Counted from the whole stretch's first letter, positions 47,367 through 59,213 are shown. The stretch is 63,888 nt of DNA, filler included, from Basidiobolus meristosporus CBS 931.73 (GCA_002104905.1; 4 parts of 4 records of this genome joined end to end with filler, not necessarily neighbours in it); one strand, 5' to 3'. Numbers and translations are program-made. Notes: generated by a model not told the origin, from the letters alone.

Positions 47367-47927
47367 TTAATCAATGTATCGATTCCCACTGAAATATCTG
47401 ATCTTGAAGTACTTATGTGCAGACCTCTTGTACTTCTTCTGGCCTCCACCATAGCTACGGGTGGCTGGCTGAGTGATAATGATCTGGGGCTGTTGCTGCT
47501 TAGGCTGATAGAGGGTTTGGTCGATAACCTGCGCTTGGTCAAACTGATTAGAGTTGGACAGGGCATCAGCATCACTGGATGAGTGAGCGTTCACTCTGTC
47601 CAACAAGGCCTGTCTTGGTTGCAGGTCGGCTATATTGAAGTTGGGCATCTCGTAGGATGATTCTGGCTGAGTTGTAGTGCCATCCATCGAGTCTTCACCT
47701 TCACCTTCGCCTTCATCTTCACCCCCATTCTCATCCATATAGTAATCACCCTCGTCCTGTTCCGGCTGATAGTCATCTGCAGGCGATTGAGTTTCTAGGT
47801 AGCAAGGACTTACTTGCTCCCCGCACAAATTGCCACCGTAGCTCACCTGAGAAGAGGTATCTTCTGTGGCAGGGAATGCATGGATAGAAGCAAAGTACAA
47901 AGCGAGTAAAGTGAGAGTAAGCTGCAT
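47367..47927 (-). CDS. Small secreted acidic protein with a basic tail (family Y)
   Basis: Signal-peptide-like MQLTLTLLALYFASIHA; intronless 186-aa ORF. Confidence 0.75.
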   Translation of the reverse strand: MQLTLTLLALYFASIHAFPATEDTSSQVSYGGNLCGEQVSPCYLETQSPADDYQPEQDEGDYYMDENGGEDEGEGEGEDSMDGTTTQPESSYEMPNFNIADLQPRQALLDRVNAHSSSDADALSNSNQFDQAQVIDQTLYQPKQQQPQIIITQPATRSYGGGQKKYKRSAHKYFKIRYFSGNRYID

Positions 47928-49178
47928 TTTGATGAATATCGTAAAACCAGTCGTAAGCTCACTTTATAGTGGTATTTGGCATAGTCTACTATACTACACC
48001 CTGTATCAGACTCACTTGAGGCCAGGAATTCACATGCTATGTCCTGCTTTCGTTGCCCATCAACTAACTACCTGGTTTAGCTATTAGCAATCAAGTTAGA
48101 TTGGCGTTAAGAGCAAATGATATGGATAGTCGAGATTTATTGAATTAAGTGCAGTTGTCGGTACGTTGAGTGTCGTCCATAAAGTCAGCATACAGTAAGT
48201 CCTGATTAGCACAGTCATTGCCAAACTGAGCAACTTCCATGGGCTCAGTATACTGTATATCCTGATCAACGCATCCTTCAACGTACAATCGTACTTAGAT
48301 ATTCGAAGTCTCTACAGTTGGCAGAACTCGGGCCTGCTGGTGGCAGTTACTTGCTCGATCGGAGCATGACGAACTACGATAATGCATTCTTTTATGCTTG
48401 CGATTGCATGATTCGGAGCGTGTAATTGGAGCAGCAACGATGGCCAAAAGAAAAAGTAGCTACATCATTGAAGATTTGGAAAGCCACATGCTGATAGTCA
48501 TAGTGATAGGTACACATTAATACCCTTGGCAATCACTATCCCTATGAATCTACGATCTCAAATCAATGCTGCAATAGAGATCGCTTGGATAGAGGTGATA
48601 TATGAAGCCAGCAAAGTGATGGCAAGTTACATTTTTGCTAAGCGGACTTGAGGTGGCCGATGCAATGCATAATGTTAAATCGTAAATTTAGTTCAGTATA
48701 CTATCGACTGATGGCCGGTGAAGATGTTAATTCGTTCATAATCCCAATATACTCATAAAAATAGCTGCAGGGCACTATATAATCAGAGTAGCTTAGTGGC
48801 CTTCGACGATGAAATCGAGAACTACGCAAGAACGACGCGATTCCTGTGTGCTCACTTCAAGCCATAGCTTGAAAAGGCGTAGTATGAGTCATTTTAGTTT
48901 GTCCCTTCACTACCGCGTTTGTCATTCCAAAGTGGTATAGCAAGCCCAGAATTGAAGACGAATGTTTATTTATTTTTCTTGATGTACTGAAGTGATTGGT
49001 CGCCGGGATTACGGTGTTAATCAACACCTATTCACTGATCATTGCAATGAAAGTGAAATGCTGATTAACTTTACTCACCTTTGCTTCATAATTTAGTAAA
49101 CTGGGTTTGGTTGCTGATGATCGCTGATGAATCTAGCAAAGCAACTGTTTGCCTTCCAGTGTGTCATCAGGAGCCAAC

Positions 49179-49613
49179 ATGCAACGCACTTTCCGCATTC
49201 TATCCGCCTTAGTATTCCTATTCGGTGTATCTTATACATCACCCATTGCAACGTATGACAACCAGCAAGTAGACCAGGGTGTCCCAGTGGACTTTGGCGG
49301 CAATGCCGACAATGAACCATTAGTGTCATATGCACCAACATACTATCAACTAGAGTCCCCGAACGCCTATCCATTGTTGGACAACGCTCAGACTAATTCC
49401 ACACAGAACGCTCAGGCACTTTCCAACCAGAATCAATATGAGCAAGTGCAGCAAGTAGATCAAACATTGTACCAACCATCTGCACCGACATATGTACAAT
49501 CAATTACTCCCAACGAGGATGATACTCAAGACTCGAGTGACGACGACGATCAGCCATTGTGCAAACGTTGTCAACGACGCTACCGTAGAAGTAGATACAG
49601 CGACCGCTTTTGA
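49179..49613 (+). CDS. Small secreted Gln/Asn-rich protein with an Arg-rich tail (family X)
   Basis: ATG at 49179, signal-peptide-like MQRTFRILSALVFLFGVSYT; intronless. Confidence 0.75.
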   Translation: MQRTFRILSALVFLFGVSYTSPIATYDNQQVDQGVPVDFGGNADNEPLVSYAPTYYQLESPNAYPLLDNAQTNSTQNAQALSNQNQYEQVQQVDQTLYQPSAPTYVQSITPNEDDTQDSSDDDDQPLCKRCQRRYRRSRYSDRF

Positions 49614-50832
49614 CTCAATCGGATCATGTAAACATTGGTTTGGCATTCATAATAAATCCTATCATATAATCGCTATTTCTGCATGCTATAAAACACGCAC
49701 ATTTCTTCTGCAAATAAGATTACACCAACTGATATCAGGAAAAAACAGCGTAGATGTGACCACAGGGATGAGTGGAATGAGCATCAACCAAAATAACCAA
49801 ACATAGATATGGATACGCAGTGCCTTTCAGTCAGGCATATTAGACGTTAAAACCTTTATGCTCAGAACATCTAACAACTCCTCACATGACAGTGTGAATT
49901 ATTTTGGTTGTGTCCCCTCTGAATTGCGAATAATAACGGATAAGTTACTAAAATGCAATAGTGGTGAGTAGTTGTGGATTGTTTGATGATTGACCATATA
50001 GAATAGCTATCAATATAGGATTGATTTTACTCAAGCTAGTTCAATAATATAGTAAACCAAGCTTTGTATTCCTATTCAGTGTATCCTATGCATCACCCAT
50101 TGCTACATATGGCAACCAACAAGTAGGCCCCAGTGGACTTTGGTGGCAGCACTGTGACTGAATCATCAATGCCACACCAGTGTTGTATCCAAGAGAAAGT
50201 GTAATAAAACTCTTGAATGGTTTAACTGAACCAAAGGGACAATTGAGTGCAGAATCTTAGAATTGTCAGAGAGTGGCAGAAATATTAGCAGAAAGATTCA
50301 GATCTAATATTGGTCTTGGATATAGCTGGGTTGGCTATAAAGACAATGATATTTGTTTGCTAGGCAGGCTAGGCTTGGTGTTCTTTGGAGTGCTAGATAT
50401 ACTAGGCTTGGATAGAAACTAGAATGGAATTGTTGGATTCTTATTTTTGCTGAGACAGAATCTTAATTTTGTTGAGACACACACTAAACCAAAAGGTTCA
50501 GTAAACTTTATTTATACTTTTCTGATCAAGTTGAATTAGTAAGCGCCAAGGGACTGGATTGATTGAAATCAATTTGGGTGTTCATAGGTGCATAAGATAA
50601 ATGAAAATTACATCATCAATCAACTGATGTCTTGGCAACTGCACAGTGGTTGGATAGATCTCAGATGACTAATCACCTGGGAAGGCTTGGCAGATAGGTT
50701 GATAACGTAATGACCATTTGAAATTAGATCAGGTGTGATAGCTAAAAATAGATTCTGAGGTGGGATGAAATAAACTGTAACTGGGATTTGTTATGTTTGG
50801 GTTAGGGAAAATCAGTTAGGGTACTTAGGGTT

Positions 50833-53823
50833 TTAGGGGGGAGACAGTCACCAACAGGTGAAATCTTTATTTCAGTTGAAACAAAGAAGCCAGCGCTACT
50901 GTTGTAGCTTTGATACAAGAGTGTGTAGCTGAGGGGAATTTGTAGGTAAGTTAATAAGAAGTGATGATAGTTCTTCAGTGCTCAAGACACTGTTCAGTGG
51001 GAAGGGGGGTAGCAAGAGAGGTAAGAATGACTTGTGAACAACATTAATGAGGGGAATGTGATAAGGATTGATATTCATCATAAAGGGAGTGTGCTGCTGC
51101 AGATATTGCTGCCAAAGGTCTGTCAAGTACTTCAGGTAGGCCAGCTTGGGTTTTTCTGACTGCAGAATATAGTGAGCAAACTTCTTGACTTCAGGATCTC
51201 CAAGTATAGTTCTCCAGCAGGAGCCAGGTGTTGTGTGGTGTGTTCTCTTCCAGGCCTTAATCAGTGGGTTGTTGCAGTGGTGAAGTCTGAGATATAATCT
51301 GGTTCTAAGGTAGAGAAGTCTGATCTTATAGGGCATAAACCCAAAAGCACCAAGAATAGCATGTCTGTAGGGGCATTCAGGCAAATGAGGCACCAAGGAG
51401 GTAATGCACCATACTGCAAACTTGTCAAGCTTAGTGCAGTCTCTAGAAGTAAGAGAGAGAAGTGGTAAGCCAAATTCCAGTACAGGGAAGACAAACTGCT
51501 TGAGTAGAAGAAGGCAGCTGGGAGCTGAAGTTGTAGGAGGAGTAACAGCCAGTAGCTTGTGGAGTGCCTGTCTTGCCAGGATAATTCTCTTCTTCAGGTG
51601 TGCTCCAGAGTCTAGTCCAGTAGGAAGGAAAGGAAAGCCAAGATATGTAGCAGAAACCTGAGCAGGTAGAGTGGAGTTCTCTAAGGTGATGGGAGAGCCC
51701 AAAGGTACTGTCTTTGCAATGGAAAGCTGGAGATTATTCTTCTGCAGATACTGGTGGATGGTCTGGGAGTCTTGTTGCACATTGGAGGAGGATATTCTGA
51801 TGTCATCAGCAAAGAGAGTAACCAGGCAGTCAGCTGAGAGTCTTGGGAAATCATTCAGGAAGATGGCAAACAGTATAGGACCAAGCACAGAGCCTTGAAC
51901 CACTCCATTAGGAACTGAGAACACAGCTGATTGCTCACTTGGGTGCAGAATTCTTGCTTGTGGATCCAGAAACAGGGACCTGACAAGGAGGGTGAGAGAG
52001 GTACTGGAGAAGCATTGCAACTTGGACCAAAGCAGATTTCTGTCACCTGAATCAAAGGCCTTAGTAATATCAAACAGAACTGAGGGATACTTGCACTGGA
52101 GAGAGTGATCTTGGCTAAGTATGACTGCATATTCCAAGGAGAGGCCAGGAACAAAGCCAAACTGTGCAGGATGAAACTTGAGGGAGTCAGAGTAGAGCTC
52201 CTGAGCAAGCAGAAGCTCAAACACCTTTCTGCAGGTGGGCAGCAGAGATATTGGCCTGTAGGAGCTAGGATCCAGGTGCTTTCCTTTACCCTTGTACAGT
52301 GGCAGAACATTTGCAAAGGACCATTCCTCAGGAGTAGAAAGCTGGGCTGAGCATTGCTGAAACAGTGGAAGCAGAAGTGCAGACATGGCCTTGGTACTAG
52401 TCTTCAGAAGCTCATAGGAGATTGTGTCCACACCTGGAGCAGTAGAGTTGGGAAGCCTCTTGAGCACATTATGGATTCTCCTTTGATCAAGTGCAAGTGG
52501 GATGGGCAGAGTCTTGAAGTCAGGATGAAAGCCAGGAGTTGAGTACTGCTTTGTAGAGAAGAAGATGTTAGCCAGCTGTTCTGTTGAAGGTAACTTCCTG
52601 GAAGAGGGCCTCATTGCCCTGTAGAGTCTTGATACTGTTCTTGTTATAGAGTTGGAAGATTGCAGAGGCAAGGAACTCATAATATGATCCCAGAGCTGAG
52701 TATGCAGAGTGTGGTGAATTGCCTTGGAGTGGTGTATTGCTGTCAGGAGGAGTTTCTCTGTTTTTGGGTTAGGGAAACTCAGGTAGCTTTGTTGCAGGGC
52801 TAAAACAATGGATTCCCATTTTCTTGAGGTAACAGCAGTAGTCTTGCATGGCAGTGAGAGGGAGGCAGACACCAGAATCAGATGCTTCACAAAGAGCCAG
52901 GCATAGTTGAGATCATCTGGCAGAGAAAGTAGCAAACTGGCAAGCTTCAAGTAGTTCCCAAAGTCTTTCTTCTGATTCTTGGTAGCTTTGTGGGTGAGCA
53001 CAGTAAGTTTTGGCAGCTTCTTCTTCACAACTGGTTGCATAGAAAGGGACCAGGCTGGGTGGTCAGAGGCTCTCAAGGATCCTAGCTCAGCTCCAGAGAA
53101 TTGCTTAACTTCATCCACAAAGTAGAGGGCAGCAGCAGAAGGGCAGATCCAGTCAACACATCTTTTCTCAGATTGAGCACCTAGTGCTAGCAGATGGCTT
53201 TCTCTCAGGAAGTTCAGTAGGAATGTAGACCTTGGCTTCATTCTTGCAGTCAGAGTAGTCTTGTTCTCAGGATGGGGAATGTTGAGATCTCCAAGCAAGA
53301 TAATAGGTGTTGATATAGATTGCTGGTATTGCTGAACTTTCTGGCATATAACTTGCACTTCCTGAAGGGCAAGACTTGGAGGCAGATAGCAGAGCACCAG
53401 ACAGATAGTTGGCAACTGGAGAGCAGCACAGTAAGGGGAGTAAAGAGGAACACAGAGCTGAGGAGTATTGATGGTAGAAGAGATGAAGCAGATAGAGGAG
53501 GTATTCTTTGTTCTAGGAGTAGAAAAGCAATATAGATTAGTCAAAAGTATAGAGGGTAGCTGAACATCAATCAAACACAGGAGGGAAAATCTTGAAAGAA
53601 GTCTCTCTAGAGTTGGTCTTGATGGCTGTATGCTGTTGCAGTTAAGCAACAGAACTTCAGGTAGTCAGGCAGAGGTTGTAGCTTCCTCAGAGGCAGCATT
53701 GACAATGTGACCTGCAGAGTCCCAGAGCTCTTCAAATGGTGCATCACTTAAGTCAGCAAGGAGGGAAATGGCATGGTTCTTGAGGAAGTATGCCACATCA
53801 TAGGAGGGGGCTTGTCTCTTGAT
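50833..53823 (-). mobile_element. Telomeric LINE A, longest copy A7: ORF1 C-terminus + complete ORF2 (APE + RT), capped by a TTAGGG array
   Basis: APE motifs LNCNS, CYLPP, GDLN, VDW, SDH; RT motifs RPISLL, FDITKAFDS, QGSVLGP, FADD; shared 3' terminus; preceded by degenerate ttaggg units (50800-50832). Confidence 0.93.
50896..53664 (-). CDS. LINE ORF2 (AP endonuclease + reverse transcriptase), no ATG upstream of the APE domain
   Basis: Open from the TGA at 53665-53667 to TAG at 50896. The first Met (MKPR) lies inside the APE domain. Confidence 0.9.
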   Translation of the reverse strand, partial: LPEVLLLNCNSIQPSRPTLERLLSRFSLLCLIDVQLPSILLTNLYCFSTPRTKNTSSICFISSTINTPQLCVPLYSPYCAALQLPTICLVLCYLPPSLALQEVQVICQKVQQYQQSISTPIILLGDLNIPHPENKTTLTARMKPRSTFLLNFLRESHLLALGAQSEKRCVDWICPSAAALYFVDEVKQFSGAELGSLRASDHPAWSLSMQPVVKKKLPKLTVLTHKATKNQKKDFGNYLKLASLLLSLPDDLNYAWLFVKHLILVSASLSLPCKTTAVTSRKWESIVLALQQSYLSFPNPKTEKLLLTAIHHSKAIHHTLHTQLWDHIMSSLPLQSSNSITRTVSRLYRAMRPSSRKLPSTEQLANIFFSTKQYSTPGFHPDFKTLPIPLALDQRRIHNVLKRLPNSTAPGVDTISYELLKTSTKAMSALLLPLFQQCSAQLSTPEEWSFANVLPLYKGKGKHLDPSSYRPISLLPTCRKVFELLLAQELYSDSLKFHPAQFGFVPGLSLEYAVILSQDHSLQCKYPSVLFDITKAFDSGDRNLLWSKLQCFSSTSLTLLVRSLFLDPQARILHPSEQSAVFSVPNGVVQGSVLGPILFAIFLNDFPRLSADCLVTLFADDIRISSSNVQQDSQTIHQYLQKNNLQLSIAKTVPLGSPITLENSTLPAQVSATYLGFPFLPTGLDSGAHLKKRIILARQALHKLLAVTPPTTSAPSCLLLLKQFVFPVLEFGLPLLSLTSRDCTKLDKFAVWCITSLVPHLPECPYRHAILGAFGFMPYKIRLLYLRTRLYLRLHHCNNPLIKAWKRTHHTTPGSCWRTILGDPEVKKFAHYILQSEKPKLAYLKYLTDLWQQYLQQHTPFMMNINPYHIPLINVVHKSFLPLLLPPFPLNSVLSTEELSSLLINLPTNSPQLHTLVSKLQQ

Positions 53824-54003
53824 TTAGGGTTAGGGTTAGGGTTAGGGTTAGGGTTAGGGTTAGGGTTAGGGTTAGGGTTAGGGTTAGGGTTAGGGTTAGG
53901 GTTAGGGTTAGGGTTAGGGTTAGGGTTAGGGTTAGGGTTAGGGTTAGGGTTAGGGTTAGGGTTAGGGTTAGGGTTAGGGTTAGGGTTAGGGTTAGGGTTA
54001 GGT
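53824..54003 (+). repeat. Telomeric repeat array (TTAGGG)~30, running into an assembly gap
   Basis: Essentially perfect hexamer array, G-strand on plus. Confidence 0.98.
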
Positions 54004-55199
54004 NNNNNNNNNNNNNNNNNNNNNNNNNNNNNNNNNNNNNNNNNNNNTTAATTAATTAANNNNNNNNNNNNNNNNNNNNNNNNNNNNNNNNNNNNNNNNN
54101 NNNAACTTTGACAGCCAACGAATTCCGCAGATTGAATTGAAGCAAAATCGCTTCTTAACTACAGCTTGAGCATTGGTGTATGTGATAGGAGTGAATATGC
54201 ACCTAGTCCAACGCACGATATAGAAACGGCCCAGTGCGCCACTCCAGATTAGTCATATGCCAGATCGATTAGATTAGAAATACCTCCATTTTGATCTTAA
54301 CAATGCCGTAAATGTTATATGAGCCTAATGCTAGGCTACACCAAGGCAAATGTTACTTCTGTCCACTATCCAGCAGTTAGGCCTGTAGCCAAAAGTCAGG
54401 TATACAACCAACGATTGACTAAATCATAGTAACCAGTTACAGAAGGATTTAGGGTACAAATATGGTCTTGAATAGGTGCATCCAAATATTGTACTCAAGA
54501 ACCAAAAAGTAGAAAATCAAAACTATGTCAACTGATGGACAAACTCTAAACACACTCTACAGGCTTGCTTGGATTTGTGACTTTAGGGCATTCAGTTATC
54601 TTTCACTTTGCTACAACTGTCCTAAATTGCATAGTGCTATCTTGATAGGCTTTTTACGGTCTTATCTAAATATTATTACATCTACACACTGAACTACACT
54701 TTCTTCAAAGATATCATGTCACTTTAATGTTCTTGTAAATTTTAGCATTGACTTGATCACTTGGATCCTAATATATGATTGATATTACTTCCTGAAAAAA
54801 TTGTTGGTCAGGTTTTGCCCAGTTTATTTTCACCAAAATGTGAAAATTCCCCAAGTTGGCCAAAAGACCTCAAGCTTTGCGTACATACTCTTCAAGCTTG
54901 CTTAGTGTTGAAGCTAGCTCTAGCATATTACCTGCGGTGAAAATCTTGGCGATATCAAAAACGAATGAGGGCGCTGGTAGGTTATTTGGCTTTTGCAAGT
55001 AAAGGCCGTGTTTATAGTATTACACATGTATATTGTGCTTAGTAAAGTCCCAAAGGAATTTGTGTGAGGCTTGGTGTCGTTTGGACAGCTTTGAGAAATA
55101 TCATATTCTGGGTACCTGATATTTTAGTGTAAATATTCCAAGTAAATCCCAAAAGAGGTCAAGTAGGTTCATTAATAAGGATCAAAGTAATCAAGACCA

Positions 55200-55513
55200 G
55201 CACACATTGGGATGCAAACGATGCCGACACCCCCGTTGGAAACACGTAGCAATAGCATTCATCCCGCACGATCAAAGAGAATAACGGAAATTGTAGCTAC
55301 CAAAACATTCACTACTTCAATACCAAGTGAAATGTATTTGACGGTATCACTGTAGATCGTGGTGAATATGGAAGTGGAGTAATATATAACAGCATTGATA
55401 CCGGACCGTTGCTGAAGCATGCCAAGCCCAAGGCAAATGACGAAGTTCTTTCTGCAGTATGGATCTTTTAGTATTTCTTTGATACCAAGGCTTCTTGGGA
55501 TTTCGTTTGCCAC
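55200..55513 (-). pseudogene. MFS sugar-porter fragment
   Basis: LGMLQQRSGINAVIYYSTSIF..VILFDRAG* (stop where GRR is expected). Confidence 0.75.
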
Positions 55514-56029
55514 TTCACAGGCTTTGACAATCGGCTAGCACTCCACTTCGACGCTGCGATTACTTCTCAATTTCAACGATACGAATTTGTCTTCATCTTT
55601 TATACATTTAGTAACAAGACAACGCGTAGCAAAATAGCATCAGGACTACTTGAATCATTCTTGCAGGAAAGGATAACTACATACCCAACGCCTGGCGAAT
55701 TGTGCGGTATTGATTTGCTAATCCAGAGACAGTAGTTCGACCGGCCAAATGAGCTGTTTTGGGCAAGCATTGGACGGATTCTTGATGTAATTGTGATGCT
55801 GAGAAAAGCATTACTGATCTCTCCCTTGCGTATCTACTCGTAGCATTGCTAGTCTGGCAGTGACCACTCACAAAGAATTACTCTTGATCAAATCAAGTTC
55901 ACGGAAATTAATGTAGTCAATAAAACTGCTAAGTCGGATTGTTTCATACATAGTGAAAACGCTACTAATCTGGCCTATCGCATTAGTAAAACTCAAATTT
56001 GAGTCACTCTGGACAATCACATTACCCCC

Positions 56030-56700
56030 TGGTGTTTCATTCGTAAGTGTAATGTACGTTGTTTGCAAGGATATCATCTCTGACCTTCTCCACCCCAAGG
56101 TTTTTGCTTATTTTCGTTGTCCAAGGCAGCCACAAAACACTCGCTCCAGCCATCTCTTGGATATTTCTTGTTTACAGCATCCAGGGTCTCCGGATGAATG
56201 AGATGCGTAAGGTGGCCAACATTGTCCAGGATGGTGGAGATCTGGATAATCAGTCCTAAGGTGAAGATAAATCCGGATTCACCCAAGTCCTGGTGGCGAA
56301 TGATGACTTCAGCCACAACATCGGCATAATCCCGGTTGTTGATTTGCTCCAGGTCCCACTCTCTGGAGAGGATACCTCCGTAAAACTCAAACGACAGCTT
56401 GGTGTCTCTCATGTTCTTTTCAGTTGTTCCAATATCGTGGGGCAGCGCGGTCACAAACAAGGTTTCCAAATCCAAGTCCCAACTGGGGAAATAATCCCTG
56501 ATGATGGCAACGGAATATTGATAAACTCGTAGAGAATGAAAAAGAACCTTCTCCGGAAACTCTCTAGTAACCTTCTTCAATGTGTCTTGAGCGAATTTGG
56601 AGCTTGGAAGTTCGGCCACTGACTGACTGGTAGGCTGCTTTGGCTCTGGGATTGCTTTCTGAACGTCACACGAAACCTTGACAAAACCGTAGGAGACCAT
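56030..56700 (-). pseudogene. DDI2: HD-domain cyanamide hydratase (DDI2/DDI3-like), C-terminus frameshifted
   Basis: ATG at 56700: MVSYGFVKV..HSLRVYQYSVAIIRD..HDIGTT..FEFYGG..IIRHQD..LDNVG..KPWG closely matches yeast Ddi2/3 motifs as I recall them. The expected HTS segment is absent and the frame shifts. Confidence 0.85.
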
Positions 56701-59213
56701 AGTGAGATAAGATGCAATGAAGAGCAAGCAATAGTTAAATAGTGCATATATTCACCCGGGTTGCTCATTACTAATCAGCAACTAAACGGTAATAGCCAAA
56801 AGAGTTTAATTGAAGGTCGACATTGGGTAGTCAAAGGTCGTCGTGATGATTTTACATGCTTTTCATGTCAAACATCGCTGTGGGATGTTTAAACTTTGTG
56901 CCAACCACTACTGTCTCAGATTCTAGTATATTGCATGAGTTGAGTTATCATTGTATACACTGTTGGCGTTATGGAAGCGTAAGCAGCGTGTTACGCATAA
57001 TAAAGTTGCAGTGTATGACAATACTAAAAATTTCAAGTTGTACAGATCATTACAGTCCCCGATCACATGACGGACGATTTCCAGGCTAATAGACCAAGCC
57101 GATGATTGGGCGTAACCAAGAGCTGTTTTACCTTCAACAAATGGGGGCATACTCTGACTGAGGGGGGGGGCTTCAATAAATAGAATTGTAAATCCAAACC
57201 AAATGAAGATACATTTGGGAGCCGTGCTATATATACAATGGACTCCGCGTAGCTGCCACACAGGCCCTAATAAATGGGCGAGAATTGTCTGGAATCAGGT
57301 CCTAGGATGGCTTACCGGAATTATGCATGTTACGGCTATTGCTTCAGGCCTCGTCACCACATGAAGCTGATGAACAGTTATGAAACCGAGTGTTGTCACA
57401 GGGGAAAATCTTTACTTTAGAACAAATCCAGTATTATTCATCGTTGAATGTGATCGAGGCACTGGTTATAGATCATCAATAGAGTTGTTATCAGTACAAT
57501 GAAAATAGATCATCAATAGAGTTGTAATCAGTAACGTGGAAATAGATGGAGTTGCGCCTAGAATTTTCGGTTGAGGCTTCGTGCGCTTTGATCATTTTGT
57601 AGTCATGACTAATAGGGTAGGACTCGGGGCCACACTGATCACTAATTGTTGCAGATCACCCTCCCCCAGCCCTACTTTAATGGAATCAATGGGGAGGATT
57701 GTTATCAAATCTCGTTTGAGCACAAGGCTCGATTTCCCGATATAGACAACACAAGCAAGGTGCTTGGAGGCGCTGTACACCGCAATATGTGGAAGATAGG
57801 CGATACTAGTATTTTCCCTCCGAGAGCTGTACAACCTTGAGATAGGCTGAGGTACATTGCGATGGAAACGCCAATCATGGATAGCTTGAAGTTAAAAGGC
57901 TTCTTAGGATATCATTTGAGCTTATTGCTAATATGGTGGTAAAAGGATACTTGTGAGTTGAGTAACCTAGCCTGCAAGTATCGCATAATGTAACAGGTTC
58001 TGAACAAGCTACCCATTGTAACGATCCACTCTTTTTACATTATCCGAACCCTCTATTTCTTTCGTGCAGAAATATGGACACGCATTACTACTACAAATGA
58101 ACAGATACCGGAATAGACACCATGAACTTTCAAGCTGAGTTATGTGAAGCTACGAATATAAAATCCCTGGGGTGATGGTGTTATCTACAGTATTCAACCA
58201 CATTTGATAATCTGCACTACCTGAAACTACGGCAGAGACGAGACATGGCTGAAAGAACGGCGTTACTACTCTGGCTTTCCGTAGTATTCTATGTTGCTAT
58301 TGCACCGTTGGTTAAAGCAGGTACATATTGTTTGGCACAAAGAAACCATTTCGGAACTCTCCGTTGAACAGCGTTAAATTCCTTGCAGATCTTTTTCTAA
58401 TGCAATGCCAAGTAAACTCGGAGGGGTAAGCATCTAGGACATTCATCTCAGGTATATTATTAACTGTATCGACATCAAGGTTAAAGAATCTGCTTGCCTC
58501 TGACCGTTGCGATTTGAATACTCCAAACACACCGTGGGTGTTCCAAAAAGATTCATGGACAATGTTTAATGGCCGTAAGTGTTATTGTCGTTCACCTATT
58601 TTGCGCTAAGAGTTTGCTAAAATAGAAATTTTCTCTAAACAGTGTGCTGCGCTGCAGACGTGCTGCGACAAACCCCAGCACAACAGGAGACATATATTGA
58701 GCTAAAACAAACAATCGGTAAAGAAAAATTAGCGCCATTCATCTCCTCAATAGACAAGGATCTTATGGTGGGAATGTCTTCTAATGACTCCTGAGTTCTC
58801 CTCAGTACTAACAACTTCTATAGACGGCCAATGTTCGCTACTCTGACGACATAATCATCCCTTTTAGCACTGTGCTTAGCACTGAGGAGCCGATTCTGTA
58901 TTTGGTTTTCTATAATGATAACCAGGCCGTTATTAGCAAAGTACCAATGGTTAAGGATAACTCATCATTCGTTGACTCCTACCAACCTATCGATGTGCCA
59001 CCAAGCACCCGCTCCATTGACTTCATCATAGATTCCTCAAGTCATGGGGTGACATGTTACAATGGGTTCGTGCTCTATCTGGATGAGTCTTACTATGAGG
59101 GCAATATCAACGACTTGTTCACAAATAGTAAGTGGCAACTCAGCCTTATAAGAGTGACCGTACTAATTATGCACCACAGTTTCTAATATCGCCGCATATA
59201 TTTCTTTTGTATC

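Noticed and set aside
50170-50800. CpG-poor segment before LINE copy A7 as another telomeric family
   Set aside because: No shared terminus, no recognisable ORF and no second copy in the window; left unclassified.
50896-53664. Telomerase, Penelope/Athena, group II intron or retron RT
   Set aside because: An N-terminal APE and LINE-type RT motifs are present; no GIY-YIG, TERT or intron-domain features seen.
53773-54051. ORF encoding a Gly-Leu repeat
   Set aside because: Translation of the TTAGGG array running into Ns.
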